Source: an uncultured Acidobacteriota bacterium (lineage in GTDB: Bacteria > Acidobacteriota > Thermoanaerobaculia > UBA5066). From it: a DNA stretch of 64,000 bases. The notes under the pieces were generated by a model. That model saw nothing but the letters and a program-made list of their open reading frames with translations. It did not search any database and was not told the origin of the DNA. The DNA lies in contig CAVZYA010000002.1 of assembly GCA_963779415.1 (NCBI GenBank), positions 448,001 through 512,000 on the forward strand, given 5' to 3'. The translations under genes and the position numbers were made by a program. Shown here piece after piece: positions 11,544 to 20,821 of this stretch (the first letter of the stretch is position 1; each line of letters begins with the position of its first letter).

Positions 11544-13029
11544 CCGAAAGCGGGATAAGACGCCCGTTCTCGAACCTGTAGAGACGGACCTCTTCGGCTT
11601 CGGAGAAGACTCCCCACGGTTCGACTTCGGCGAGGAGCTGGTCGAGTTCCTTTGGTACCGGGTGGTGCGGTGTCCGGACGACCCAGCCGCTCCCGAATCC
11701 CGCCATGGTGTCGCGGAGGACGGAGACGTTGTCCACGATCCTCGGAATGTCGATCGGACGAGAAAGGCGCAACGTCTGAAACCGGAGGGAAAGGTAACTC
11801 CACCCGTCGGCGGCGATCACCGTTCCTCCGCGCCCTTTCGAGAACTCCCAGTCGAGCCAGGCGGCCGGTCGCCTCCAGTCGGGGCGCGACGCGCGGGCGT
11901 TTTCGGCGAGAGCGGGCGCTTCGATCGCCGCGGTCAGGGCGAGGAGCAGGGCGAGAAGAACGCCTCCGGCGCGGCCGGCCCGGACCCCGAGAAAACCCAC
12001 CCCCTCGCCGAACGACTCCGAGAGCGGCAGAACGGCGAGAAGGACGTACCGGAGATTCCACCAGTGATCGATCCCCTGGAGGAAAACGAGGGGGAGGACG
12101 AAGGCCGCGGCGAGCTGCGTCAGGATGTCGGCACGAGACCCTGATGCGGTCGCCATCCCGAACAAGGCAACACACCAGACGAACGCGGCCGGCACCGCCC
12201 GGGCGAGCGACTCCTTCCGGTCGGCCGCGAGGCCCACGGCGAGTTCCGCTACCCGGCTGACCGTGACGGGAGGTGCCGGCATCTCAGGGGCGCGGCGCGG
12301 CTGGCGCGACAACGCGACGACCCACGGGAGATAGAGGACGAAGACGGCGACTGGGGCGAGAAGGGCCCACCGGAGCCTGCCGGCGCGTCCGTCCCGGAAG
12401 CGGAGCGCGGCGAAGAGATCGAAGAGGAAGCCGGCCGTCACAGGAAAGACGGCGAAGTAGAGCGTGTAGACCGCGCCCGCCGCGAAGAGGACGTACGCCG
12501 CGAAGGCCCGGCGGTTCCCGGTCCCGGTGAACCGTCGGCGTGAGGACTGCGCGAGCGCGACGAGAAGGAGGGCGAGAGCGTAGGGGCGGACCTCCTGCCC
12601 GTAATAGACCGCGGCCGGAAGGAACGCGAAGAGCGCCGCCGAGGCGTACGCGGGACGGAAGCGCCGCCATCCGCCCGATCCGAAGAAGAGCGCGACGACC
12701 GTCCCGGCGCCGAAGAGGATCGACGGCAGCCGGAGGGCAGCGTCCGTCGAGGAGAGCCGGACGACCAGAGCGGTCACGAGGTAGGAGAGCGGGGGGTGCG
12801 CCTGGTCCCAGAGTGCAACGCCGGGAATCTCGAGGAGCGGTCGCCGCGCGTAGTCGACCTGCATCGCCTCGTCGAGCCAGAGGCTCCAGTTTCCGATCCC
12901 CCACGTACGGAGCAGAAGCGCGAGGAGAACGAGGAGGCCGAGAAAGACGACATGCCGGCGCGGAGCCGGCGTGTCGTTGCGGAACGTCTCGGGCCGCGGG
13001 GGCTCCGGAGGCACGTCCCTATTCTGCAT
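11518..13029 (-). CDS. GT-C (family 39 / PMT_2-like) membrane glycosyltransferase
   Basis: SLWLDEA, HPPLSY, LRLPS, YGQEVRPY and many transmembrane segments. Confidence 0.8.
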   Translation of the reverse strand: MQNRDVPPEPPRPETFRNDTPAPRRHVVFLGLLVLLALLLRTWGIGNWSLWLDEAMQVDYARRPLLEIPGVALWDQAHPPLSYLVTALVVRLSSTDAALRLPSILFGAGTVVALFFGSGGWRRFRPAYASAALFAFLPAAVYYGQEVRPYALALLLVALAQSSRRRFTGTGNRRAFAAYVLFAAGAVYTLYFAVFPVTAGFLFDLFAALRFRDGRAGRLRWALLAPVAVFVLYLPWVVALSRQPRRAPEMPAPPVTVSRVAELAVGLAADRKESLARAVPAAFVWCVALFGMATASGSRADILTQLAAAFVLPLVFLQGIDHWWNLRYVLLAVLPLSESFGEGVGFLGVRAGRAGGVLLALLLALTAAIEAPALAENARASRPDWRRPAAWLDWEFSKGRGGTVIAADGWSYLSLRFQTLRLSRPIDIPRIVDNVSVLRDTMAGFGSGWVVRTPHHPVPKELDQLLAEVEPWGVFSEAEEVRLYRFENGRLIPLSVSPAPRSP

Positions 13030-13053
13030 TCTGCGGGACCGGACGAAGAAGTC

Positions 13054-13656
13054 TCAGAGCCTCCTGATCCACTTCTTCTTTTTCGCCTGCCAGTCGAAGA
13101 CCTGGATCCTTCCGCTCGCGGGAGAGACGCGGACGACCGACTGCCGGTCCCGTCCGTCCGAGAGGTAGACGGAGCCGGGAGAGGCGCCGCAGTCGGGGGC
13201 GAACGAGCAGATGTCGCTCCGACCGAACCGGATCGGGTCGGAGAGGTTTCCGATCGGATTCCCCGAGGGGTCCAGCCCCTTGAAGTCCGGCAGGAACGAG
13301 AAGGTGATGTGCGGGTATTTCCCGCGCATGAAGTAGGGGCCCGCGTAGATGCGGTCGACCCCCTTCTTGATGTCCTCGGTGAGGACGCCGTTCCCGTTCC
13401 GGTCCTCGTAGACGGTCAGGACGACGTCACCGTCCTTCGAGAACCATTTCACCCCCGTGTTCCGCCCGCTCTGGATGGCCCGGTCGCGGGCGATGGTGAA
13501 GACGAGGGCCACGTCCGTCGTGGCGGCGTCGATGGCGCTCTTCCGGTAGAGGTTCGAGAGGGCGGGGAGGGCCATGGCCGTGACGACGCCGAGGAGGGAG
13601 AGGGCGACGAGCGACTCGAGAAGGCTGAAGCCGCGTCGGTGAAGAGAAGGGCGCAT
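13054..13656 (-). CDS. Prepilin-type FimT/GspH-like minor pilin
   Basis: Class III signal peptide RRGFSLLESLVALSLLGVV; AR..AI motif. Confidence 0.85.
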   Translation of the reverse strand: MRPSLHRRGFSLLESLVALSLLGVVTAMALPALSNLYRKSAIDAATTDVALVFTIARDRAIQSGRNTGVKWFSKDGDVVLTVYEDRNGNGVLTEDIKKGVDRIYAGPYFMRGKYPHITFSFLPDFKGLDPSGNPIGNLSDPIRFGRSDICSFAPDCGASPGSVYLSDGRDRQSVVRVSPASGRIQVFDWQAKKKKWIRRL

Positions 13657-13729
13657 GGTCGTCTCCTTCATCGAGAACGGCGCGGGGCGGCAACGCGGAA
13701 AGCGCTCCGCCCCGCGCCTCTCTCACTTC

Positions 13730-14173
13730 TCAGGCGCCTTCCTTCGGATAGGGGGTGGCGTTCTTCGCGTTCTTCGGCGTCTTCGCGGGGCGAGCGGCCT
13801 TCACACCCGACTTCGAGCCGCCGCGGCTCCCTTTCGAGCTGACCTTCTCGGCGAGGGTCGTCGGGCCGGAGAGGGCGAGGTAGGGCTTGAGGGTCTGGAA
13901 CATCTTCTCGCCCACGCCCTTGACCTCCATCAGGTCCTCGGCGCGACGGAAGGCGCCGTTCTTCTGCCGGTGGTCGACGATCCGCTGGCCGAGCTTCTCG
14001 CCGACGCGCGGCAGGCGCGCCAGCTCGGCGGCAGTGGCGGTGTTGATGTTCACGACCTTCTTCGCGGTCTCGGCCGGCGGGGCTTCCGCCGCGGCGGTCG
14101 CGGCGCCGAGGCCCGAGAGAGAAAGGCCGAGGACGGGGACGATGAGAGTGCGGGCGAGCGGACGGAGAGTCAT
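13730..14173 (-). CDS. comEA: ComEA-family helix-hairpin-helix DNA-binding protein
   Basis: Signal peptide, then VNINTATAAELARLPRVGEKLGQRIV...F...DLMEVKGVGEK. Confidence 0.88.
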   Translation of the reverse strand: MTLRPLARTLIVPVLGLSLSGLGAATAAAEAPPAETAKKVVNINTATAAELARLPRVGEKLGQRIVDHRQKNGAFRRAEDLMEVKGVGEKMFQTLKPYLALSGPTTLAEKVSSKGSRGGSKSGVKAARPAKTPKNAKNATPYPKEGA

Positions 14174-14444
14174 GAGGAACTCCTTTCTTCGTTTTTCTGT
14201 CTGTTTGTTGATCGAACGGGTGACGGCGAACCGGGAAACGGGGAATGGATCGTTCCTTCCGTGTCTGCCTCCCGGCGCGTCCGGGTGCGCGTGACATCTC
14301 AGCTCATCAGCAGCCCTCCTTCGTTCTTCGCTCCTGTCATGCCGGGGGGAGCGCACGAGGACGTGCCGGAGCAGGCCGGAACCTTCGAAATCTCTTCGAA
14401 TGAAAGAGATAGACGCGGGTCGGGAGGGGGCCTCGCGCGCGCGA

Positions 14445-14464
14445 GTGACAGATCTTTCTGTCAC
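14445..14464. promoter_or_regulatory. Perfect 8-bp inverted repeat, candidate regulator site
   Basis: GTGACAGA-TCTT-TCTGTCAC in the divergent comEA/ubiX intergenic region. Confidence 0.45.
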
Positions 14465-14594
14465 CTTCTCGAAGAACGCGCGGCGAAGCCGCGCGCAGAA
14501 GTCGGTTCCTTCCCTCGACGATTCCGGTCGGGACCGTCAGGAAAAGCTGTCGCCCCAAAAGGGGCCGCGCCCGTGGGGTGCGAAACTAGGCGCC

Positions 14595-15209
14595 GTGAGC
14601 GAACGCCTTCCGCTGATTCTCGGTGTCTCGGGCGCGAGCGGCGCCCGACTCGCCCTCCGCGCCCTCGGCCTCTTCTCCGCCTCGCCCGACGTGCCGTCGC
14701 TTCACTGCGTCGTCACGGCGCGGGCGCTCCTCGTGGCCCGCGGCGAGGTGGACGGGAAGATCCGGACCGTCCGGGACTACGTCGCGGCGGCGGGCCTTTC
14801 GCGCGCGGACCGGTCGAAGGTCGTCCTCCACCCGGAGGAAGCCGTCGACGCGTCGATCTCCTCCGGCTCGTTCCGGACCCGGGGGATGGCCGTGATCCCC
14901 TGCTCGTCGGGGACGCTCGGCTCGATCGCGCACGGTATCTCGCGCGGCCTTCTGGAGCGCGCGGCGGACGTCTGCCTGAAGGAGAGGCGGCGCCTCGTCC
15001 TCGCCTTCCGTGAAACGCCGATCTCCCTCGTCCACGCCGAGAACATCGCGGCAGCGACGCGCGCCGGTGCCATCGTCGCGCCGCCGGTCCCCGCCTTTTA
15101 CGCGGCGCGGACAGCCGAGGAGATGCTCGACGCATTTCTCCTCAGGGTCGCCGACCTTCTCGGGATTTCGGTCGCCGTCCCGGACCTCCGGTGGAGCGGC
15201 TCGAAGTGA
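14595..15209 (+). CDS. ubiX: Flavin prenyltransferase UbiX
   Basis: LGVSGASG, ASISSGS, PCSSGTL, RAADVCLKERR, RETP, PPVPAFY. Confidence 0.93.
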   Translation: MSERLPLILGVSGASGARLALRALGLFSASPDVPSLHCVVTARALLVARGEVDGKIRTVRDYVAAAGLSRADRSKVVLHPEEAVDASISSGSFRTRGMAVIPCSSGTLGSIAHGISRGLLERAADVCLKERRRLVLAFRETPISLVHAENIAAATRAGAIVAPPVPAFYAARTAEEMLDAFLLRVADLLGISVAVPDLRWSGSK

Positions 15210-16123
15210 GCGCGGGTCCGGAGGCACGGGGGAGCGTTCTCTTGCCCGGCGCCGCGGCGCCGAGGCCGCACGCGATCGTCGCGACGCTCTCGATGATCAA
15301 GTTCGCGCACACGGTCTTCGCGCTGCCGTTCGCGCTTCTCTCGGCCGTCCTCGCGGCGGGCGGGATTCCGCCGCTTCCGAAGCTCTTCTGGATTCTCGTT
15401 GCGATGGTCGGGGCCCGGTCGGCGGCGATGTCGTTCAACCGGATCGCCGACCGGGACGTCGACGCGCAGAACCCCCGCACCGCCTCGCGCGAGCTGCCGT
15501 CGGGGGTCCTTTCGGTCCGGTTCACAGCGTTTTTCTGCGCGGCTTCGGCGGCTCTTTTCGTCTTCGCGGCCGCACAGCTCAACCGCCTCTGCCTCGTTCT
15601 CTCGCCCGTCGCCCTCGCGATCGTCCTCGGCTATTCCCTCACGAAACGCTTCACCTCCCTCTCGCACGTCGTCCTCGGCGTCTCGCTCGCGATCGCTCCG
15701 GTCGGCGCCTGGATCGCCGTCACCGGGACGCTTTCGCCCCTTCCGGTAGCCCTCGCCCTCGCCGTCGTCTTCTGGGTGGCGGGCTTTGACGTCATCTACA
15801 GCCTGCAGGACGAGGCGTTCGACAGGGAGCAGGGGCTGAAGTCGCTTCCGGCGCATCTCGGAAACCGCCGGGCGCTGCTCTATTCGGCTCTGTTCCACGC
15901 CGCGGCGCTCGTGTTCCTCCTCGCGGCGTTTCTTCTCTCCGGGGGAGGTCTCCTCTTCGGCCTCGGAGTCGTTCTCGCGGGCGTCTTCCTCGTCCGGCAG
16001 CACGCCATCGTGAAGCCGGGCGACCTCTCCCGCGTCGACGCGGCCTTCTTCACCGCGAACGGCTGGCTCTCCATCGTCTTCTTCGCCTGCGGCGCCGCGG
16101 ACGTCCTCTCTCGCGGGAGGTGA
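15206..16123 (+). CDS. UbiA-family prenyltransferase (MqnP-like)
   Basis: IKFAHTVFALPFA, MSFNRIADRDVDAQNPRT, YSLTKRFT, GFDVIYSLQD, AFFTANG. Confidence 0.9.
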   Translation: MSAGPEARGSVLLPGAAAPRPHAIVATLSMIKFAHTVFALPFALLSAVLAAGGIPPLPKLFWILVAMVGARSAAMSFNRIADRDVDAQNPRTASRELPSGVLSVRFTAFFCAASAALFVFAAAQLNRLCLVLSPVALAIVLGYSLTKRFTSLSHVVLGVSLAIAPVGAWIAVTGTLSPLPVALALAVVFWVAGFDVIYSLQDEAFDREQGLKSLPAHLGNRRALLYSALFHAAALVFLLAAFLLSGGGLLFGLGVVLAGVFLVRQHAIVKPGDLSRVDAAFFTANGWLSIVFFACGAADVLSRGR

Positions 16124-16146
16124 CCGTCGAGCAGACTACAGATATG

Positions 16147-16158
16147 AGACCTGACCCC
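16147..16158 (-). repeat. Partial GGGGTC-family motif
   Basis: Minus strand reads GGGGTCAGGTCT but lacks the downstream ATTATA. Confidence 0.45.
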
Positions 16159-16201
16159 GGTTTTCCGCGTTTTCAGCATCCCGGGTAGAAGGGAGACGAC
16201 G

Positions 16202-16556
16202 ATGGCCCGAATCGCGATCCTGTACTGCAAGAAGATCCAGGACACTTCCTGCGTCGCCTGCGCCAAGTGCTTCAAGGGGATGGCGGAGAAGGCGGGGGAG
16301 TTCGCCCGCCACGACACCATCGAGCTCGTGGCCATGACCCACTGCGGGGACTGCCCGGGGCTCACCGTGCCACGGGTGAAGCTTCTCAAGGAGATGGTGA
16401 AGGGCCTCGGGCGCGACTTCGACGTCGTCCATCTCGGGACGTGCGTGAAGGTCGCGATGGAGACCGCACAGTGCCCCATCGACTACGACTCTCTCGCGCC
16501 GCTGCTCGGGCAGAAGTTCGGCGTCGAGGTCGATTCTGGGAACGCACCCTTACTGA
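16202..16556 (+). CDS. CGGC-domain metal-binding protein (probable 1-nt insertion near 16531)
   Basis: CVACAKCF, HCGDCPG, VHLGTC, CP; the family C-terminus ILGTHPY* is restored by a frame shift. Confidence 0.8.
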
Positions 16557-16607
16557 AGAAGACGAGACCATCCGGGAACGGGGGAAATCGAGAGGGCGAC
16601 GGGCTCG

Positions 16608-17840
16608 TCAGGTACCGGGAGCAGGCCGTTCGCGCGCCAGAAGCTCCGGGTGCGAAGCCCGAAGACGGGCCTCGGCCTCGGAGATGACATCGGCCTGAAC
16701 CAGGGCCGCCAGCGATTCCTCCATCGTCACCATTCCGAACCTCTTTCCGAGCGTCATCTCCTGGTGGAGCTGATGGAAGGAGCCGCGCCGGATGTGGGCG
16801 CGGAGCGAGTCGGTCGCCACGGCGATCTCCACGGCGAGGGCGCGGCCCGACCCGTTCTTCTTCGGGACGAGCTGCTGGCAGACGATGGCCGCGAGCGCCA
16901 GCGAGAGCTGCTGCCTCACCTGCACCTGCTGCTCGGGGGGGAAGATGTCGAGGATCCGGTTGATCGTCTGCGGAACGTCGTTCGTGTGGAGCGTCGTCAG
17001 GACGAGGTGGCCCGTCTCGGCCGCGGTCACCGCGGTGCGCGTCGTCTCGAGGTCCCGCATCTCGCCGACGAGGATCACGTCCGGGTCCTGACGGAGCGCC
17101 GAGACGAGCGCGGCGGCGAAGCTCGGGGCGTCGACCCCGACCTCCACCTGCTCGACGAGAGACTGCGCGTGGGCGTGCTCGTATTCGACGGGGTCCTCGA
17201 TCGTCACGATGTGCCGCTTCTCCGTCCGGTTCATCCGGTCGACGAGGGCCGCGAGAGTGGTCGTCTTTCCGGAGCCGGTCGGGCCCGTGACGAGGACGAG
17301 GCCCCGCGTCGACTTCGTCAGGTCGTAGAGCATCTCCGGAAGCCCCAGCTCGGAAAGGGGCGGGATCCGTTTCGGCAGGACGCGCAGCGCCGCCGCCGCC
17401 CCCCGGCGCGTGTTGTGCAGGTTCACGCGGAAGCGGCCGAGGCCGGCGACCCGGAGGGAGAGGTCGACGGCCCCCGTTTCGAGGTAGCGGCGGTGCCGTT
17501 CGGCCGAGAGCGAGGGCGAGAGGAGGTCGAAAGCCCCCCGAGCGGAGAGAGCCTCGTCTCCGCCCGCCTTCTCGAGCGAGCCGTCGATCCGGAGGACCGG
17601 CCCGGCTCCGGGGACGAGGAGGAGATCGGTCGCACGACGCCGCACGGTCTCGGAGAGAAGAGCCGAGAGGATGGGGGAGACCGTCCCCTCGAATCCGGGA
17701 GAGAGGACCGGAGAGCGCTCCGCAGCGGGCGCGGGCTCCTCGGAACGAACCAGCTCCAGCTCGGGCTCGGCCGGTTCGCGCGGTCCGGCCTGGCCTCTGT
17801 TCAACGCGCGGATCAACTGGTTCAGCTCGTTGGTATCCAC
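16608..17840 (-). CDS. pilT: PilT/PilU-family type IV pilus retraction ATPase
   Basis: GLVLVTGPTGSGKTTTL, TIEDPVEY, ALRQDPDVILVGEMRD, AAETGHLVLTTLHT. Confidence 0.88.
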   Translation of the reverse strand: MDTNELNQLIRALNRGQAGPREPAEPELELVRSEEPAPAAERSPVLSPGFEGTVSPILSALLSETVRRRATDLLLVPGAGPVLRIDGSLEKAGGDEALSARGAFDLLSPSLSAERHRRYLETGAVDLSLRVAGLGRFRVNLHNTRRGAAAALRVLPKRIPPLSELGLPEMLYDLTKSTRGLVLVTGPTGSGKTTTLAALVDRMNRTEKRHIVTIEDPVEYEHAHAQSLVEQVEVGVDAPSFAAALVSALRQDPDVILVGEMRDLETTRTAVTAAETGHLVLTTLHTNDVPQTINRILDIFPPEQQVQVRQQLSLALAAIVCQQLVPKKNGSGRALAVEIAVATDSLRAHIRRGSFHQLHQEMTLGKRFGMVTMEESLAALVQADVISEAEARLRASHPELLARERPAPGT

Positions 17841-17944
17841 GGCGAAAACTATACGGGGATCGACGGCACCGCGTCCCGGAATCGTCGACGCGCGGAGGCG
17901 GGCCGTCGCGGATCGCCGCGGTTCCGCGCTAAGCTCTCGCTGCC

Positions 17945-18607
17945 GTGCCGGCCCCCACCCCGAAGGAATTTCCGCTCCGGTACATCGCCGTCGAAGGCCC
18001 GATCGGCGTCGGGAAGACGTCCCTCGTGGGCCTCCTCGCCAAGCGGTTCTCGGGGACGCAGATCCTCGAGGACGTCACGAACCCCTTCCTCTCCGACTTC
18101 TACGCGGGACGGAAAGGGGCGGCGTTCCAGGCCCAGATCTACTTCCTCCTCTCGCGCTACCAGCAGCAGCAGGAGATCGGCCAGATCGACCTCTTCCGGA
18201 ACCTCGTCATCTCGGACTACACCTTCCCGAAGGACAAGATCTTCGCCTACCTGACGCTGAACGACGCCGAGATCGCCCTCTACGACAAGCTCTACGCGTC
18301 GCTCACCGCGGCGGTGCCGCGCCCCGACCTCGTCATCCACCTGACGGCGTCCGTGGAGACGTGCCTCACCCGGATCAGGAAGAGGGCCCGAAGCTTCGAA
18401 AAGGGGATCTCTCCCGACTACCTGAAGAGCCTCGTCGAGGCCTACAACTACTTTTTCTACCACTACCGCGACAGCCCGCTCCTCGTCGTCGAGACGAACT
18501 CGATCGACTTCGTCGAGCGGAAAGCGGACCTCGAGGACCTGATCGCCCAGATCGTCCGCCCCTTCCGAGGGACGCAGATCTACGTCCCCCGCTCCTCGAA
18601 GAGCTAG
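17945..18607 (+). CDS. Deoxynucleoside kinase
   Basis: IAVEGPIGVGKTSL, NPFLSDFY, QIYFLLSRYQQ, PDLVIHL, RARSFE. Confidence 0.92.
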   Translation: MPAPTPKEFPLRYIAVEGPIGVGKTSLVGLLAKRFSGTQILEDVTNPFLSDFYAGRKGAAFQAQIYFLLSRYQQQQEIGQIDLFRNLVISDYTFPKDKIFAYLTLNDAEIALYDKLYASLTAAVPRPDLVIHLTASVETCLTRIRKRARSFEKGISPDYLKSLVEAYNYFFYHYRDSPLLVVETNSIDFVERKADLEDLIAQIVRPFRGTQIYVPRSSKS

Positions 18608-18609
18608 CG

Positions 18610-18957
18610 ATGGAGCTTCTCTCCGTCCCGGCCGGGCCCGTGCCGCGGGAGGCGGACGGGCTCCGCGCCGATCCGGTCAACGCGCTCCTCTCTCCCGCGG
18701 AGCGGCGCGCGGCCCCGGCGCTCTTCCGCGCCCTTCTCGCCGGGCAGCTTCTCTTCAGTCTCGGGGAGAAGGACGCCCGGAAGCTCGTCTCGATGGTGGC
18801 GAAGGCCCTTTCGGCCGAGCCGGCCTTCTCCGTCGAGGCCGTCGGGCTCGCCGACGCGGCCACCGGCCGGGCGCTGAAGAAGGTCGACCGGCAGGCTCTC
18901 CTCGCGGCGGCAGTCCGGCTCGGGGAGCACCGGCTCGTCGACGCCGTCCGCCTCTGA
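18610..18957 (+). CDS. Stand-alone protein resembling the C-terminal domain of pantothenate synthetase
   Basis: READGL, LSPAERRAAPALFRAL and AAVRLGEHRLVDA resemble the PanC C-terminus; no HIGH-type N-terminal domain. Confidence 0.6.
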   Translation: MELLSVPAGPVPREADGLRADPVNALLSPAERRAAPALFRALLAGQLLFSLGEKDARKLVSMVAKALSAEPAFSVEAVGLADAATGRALKKVDRQALLAAAVRLGEHRLVDAVRL

Positions 18958-19004
18958 CCTTCCATTTTTCTCTTGATTTTTCGCTCTTAAGTCCCGTCAA
19001 ATAC

Positions 19005-19244
19005 GGGAAACACCGTCGGTTCCGTGGTCACATCCCCCGGAATGGCCGGTCCGAGGATTTCCGTCTCAAGGAGGTTTCCACCCATTCCGATCTTCCCGGG
19101 GCCCATCAGGGAAACGGCCCCACCGAAGCCTCCTGACGTCCCGGAGCCGGCAAACGTTTCCCGCGACAAATTCCCGGCAGCCGCCGCAATGTCGGTGTCT
19201 GCGAATTTCACCCCGGTCGTTAAAGGCGACCACGGAGTTTCCTG
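19005..19244 (+). ncRNA. Candidate structured 5' leader RNA
   Basis: Complementary pairs 19021-29/19228-36, 19038-45/19082-89, 19098-103/19116-21, 19069-78/19125-34; first pair covers the RBS. Confidence 0.4.
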
Positions 19245-19535
19245 ATGTACACGGACAAGACCATCGCTTGCATCGATTGCGGCGCCCCCTTCATCTTTTC
19301 AGCCAACGAACAGGAGTTTTACGCGCAGAAGGGGTTCTCCAACGAGCCGAAGCGCTGCAAGGTGTGCCGCGACAAGCGGAAGACCGGCGGCTTCGGCGAC
19401 GGCGGCGCGCGCCAGCTCTACAACGTGACGTGCGACGCGTGCGGCAAGGCCACGCAGGTCCCGTTCAACCCGACGAACGGCAAGCCCGTCTACTGCCGCG
19501 ACTGCTACCGCGACCGCCGCACCGGCGGGCGCTGA
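19245..19535 (+). CDS. Zinc-ribbon protein with CxxC-x17-CxxC domain
   Basis: DKTIACIDCG...EQEFY..KGF.NEPKRCKVCR and CDACG...VPF.P..GKPVYCRDCY. Confidence 0.92.
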   Translation: MYTDKTIACIDCGAPFIFSANEQEFYAQKGFSNEPKRCKVCRDKRKTGGFGDGGARQLYNVTCDACGKATQVPFNPTNGKPVYCRDCYRDRRTGGR

Positions 19536-19547
19536 GCCTTTCCTTCA

Positions 19548-19586
19548 GAGCCCCGGAGCCCGCAAAGGCCCCGGGGCTTCTTGTTT
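19548..19586 (+). terminator. Rho-independent terminator
   Basis: GAGCCCCGG...CCGGGGCTT hairpin followed by CTTGTTT. Confidence 0.7.
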
Positions 19587-19642
19587 CTCCCGGGGAGCGC
19601 CTCCGCGAGGGCGGTCGCTTTCCGTTTGGGCGATGAGGTTCC

Positions 19643-20821
19643 GTGGCCGATAAGCCCGCCTCCTTCGACACCCTCTGCATCCACGCGGGGCAGGAGCCCG
19701 AGCCGGCGACCGGCGCCGTCGCCGTCCCGATCTTCCAGACCTCGACCTACGTTCAGGAGGCGTTCGGCAGGCCGCGGGGCGGTTACGAGTACGCCCGGAC
19801 GAAGAACCCGACGCGCCTCGCCCTCGAGCAGCTCCTCGCGGCGCTCGAAGGAGGGGCCGCCGCGCACGCGTTCGCCTCGGGGATGGCCGCGATCACGACG
19901 ACGATGCTCGCCCTCGTGAAGGGGGGCGACCACGTCCTCGTCGGCGCGGACATCTACGGCGGGACCTACCGCTTCTTCTCGAAGATCCTCGCCCGGTTCG
20001 GCGTCCTCTTCGATTACGTCGACACCTCCGACGTCGCCGCGGTCCGCGCCGTTCTCCGCCCCTCGACGCGGATGATCTGGGCCGAGACGCCGACGAACCC
20101 GACGATGGGAATCGCCGACCTCGCGGCGCTCGCCGCGATCGCGCGGGAGGCCTCGGCGGCGCACGGCGCGAAGGTCCGCCTCGTGATCGACAACACCTTC
20201 GCGACCCCGTTCTTCCAGAGGCCGCTCCCCCTCGGCGCCGACGTCGTCGTCCACTCGACGACGAAGTACCTGAACGGCCATTCCGACTCCATCGGCGGAG
20301 CCGTCGTCTCGGCCGACCCGGAGGACGGAAAGAAGATCGGCTTCGTCCAGAACGCGGCCGGCGCGATCCTCTCCCCGTTCGATTCCTTTCTCGTCATGCG
20401 AGGCGTCAAGACTCTTCCGGTCCGGATGCGTGCGCACGACGCCGGCGGGCGGGCGGCGGCGGCGTTTCTCGCGGCGCACCCGAAGGTGAAGCGCGTCTTC
20501 TACCCGGGCCTTCCGAACCACCCGGGGCACGCTCTCGCCTCCCGGCAGATGACCGGCTTTTCCGGGATGATCTCGTTCGATCTCGGCTCGGAGGGGGCGG
20601 CCCGGCGGATGCTCGACAGGGTGAAGCTCTGCGCCCTCGGCGAGTCGCTCGGCGGCGTCGAGACCCTCATCTCGCACCCCGCCACGATGTCGCACGCCTC
20701 GGTGGAACCGGCCGAACGGGAGCGGCGGGGGATCGGGCCGGGGCTCGTCCGGCTCTCCGTCGGGATCGAGGACGTCGCCGACATCCTCGCGGACCTCGAC
20801 ACGGCCCTCGCCGCCGTCTAG
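19643..20821 (+). CDS. Cystathionine gamma-synthase/lyase family PLP enzyme
   Basis: PIFQTSTY, YARTKNPT, FASGMAA, ETPTNP, DNTFATP, HSTTKYLNGHSD, SLGGVETL, RLSVGIED. Confidence 0.93.
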   Translation: MADKPASFDTLCIHAGQEPEPATGAVAVPIFQTSTYVQEAFGRPRGGYEYARTKNPTRLALEQLLAALEGGAAAHAFASGMAAITTTMLALVKGGDHVLVGADIYGGTYRFFSKILARFGVLFDYVDTSDVAAVRAVLRPSTRMIWAETPTNPTMGIADLAALAAIAREASAAHGAKVRLVIDNTFATPFFQRPLPLGADVVVHSTTKYLNGHSDSIGGAVVSADPEDGKKIGFVQNAAGAILSPFDSFLVMRGVKTLPVRMRAHDAGGRAAAAFLAAHPKVKRVFYPGLPNHPGHALASRQMTGFSGMISFDLGSEGAARRMLDRVKLCALGESLGGVETLISHPATMSHASVEPAERERRGIGPGLVRLSVGIEDVADILADLDTALAAV

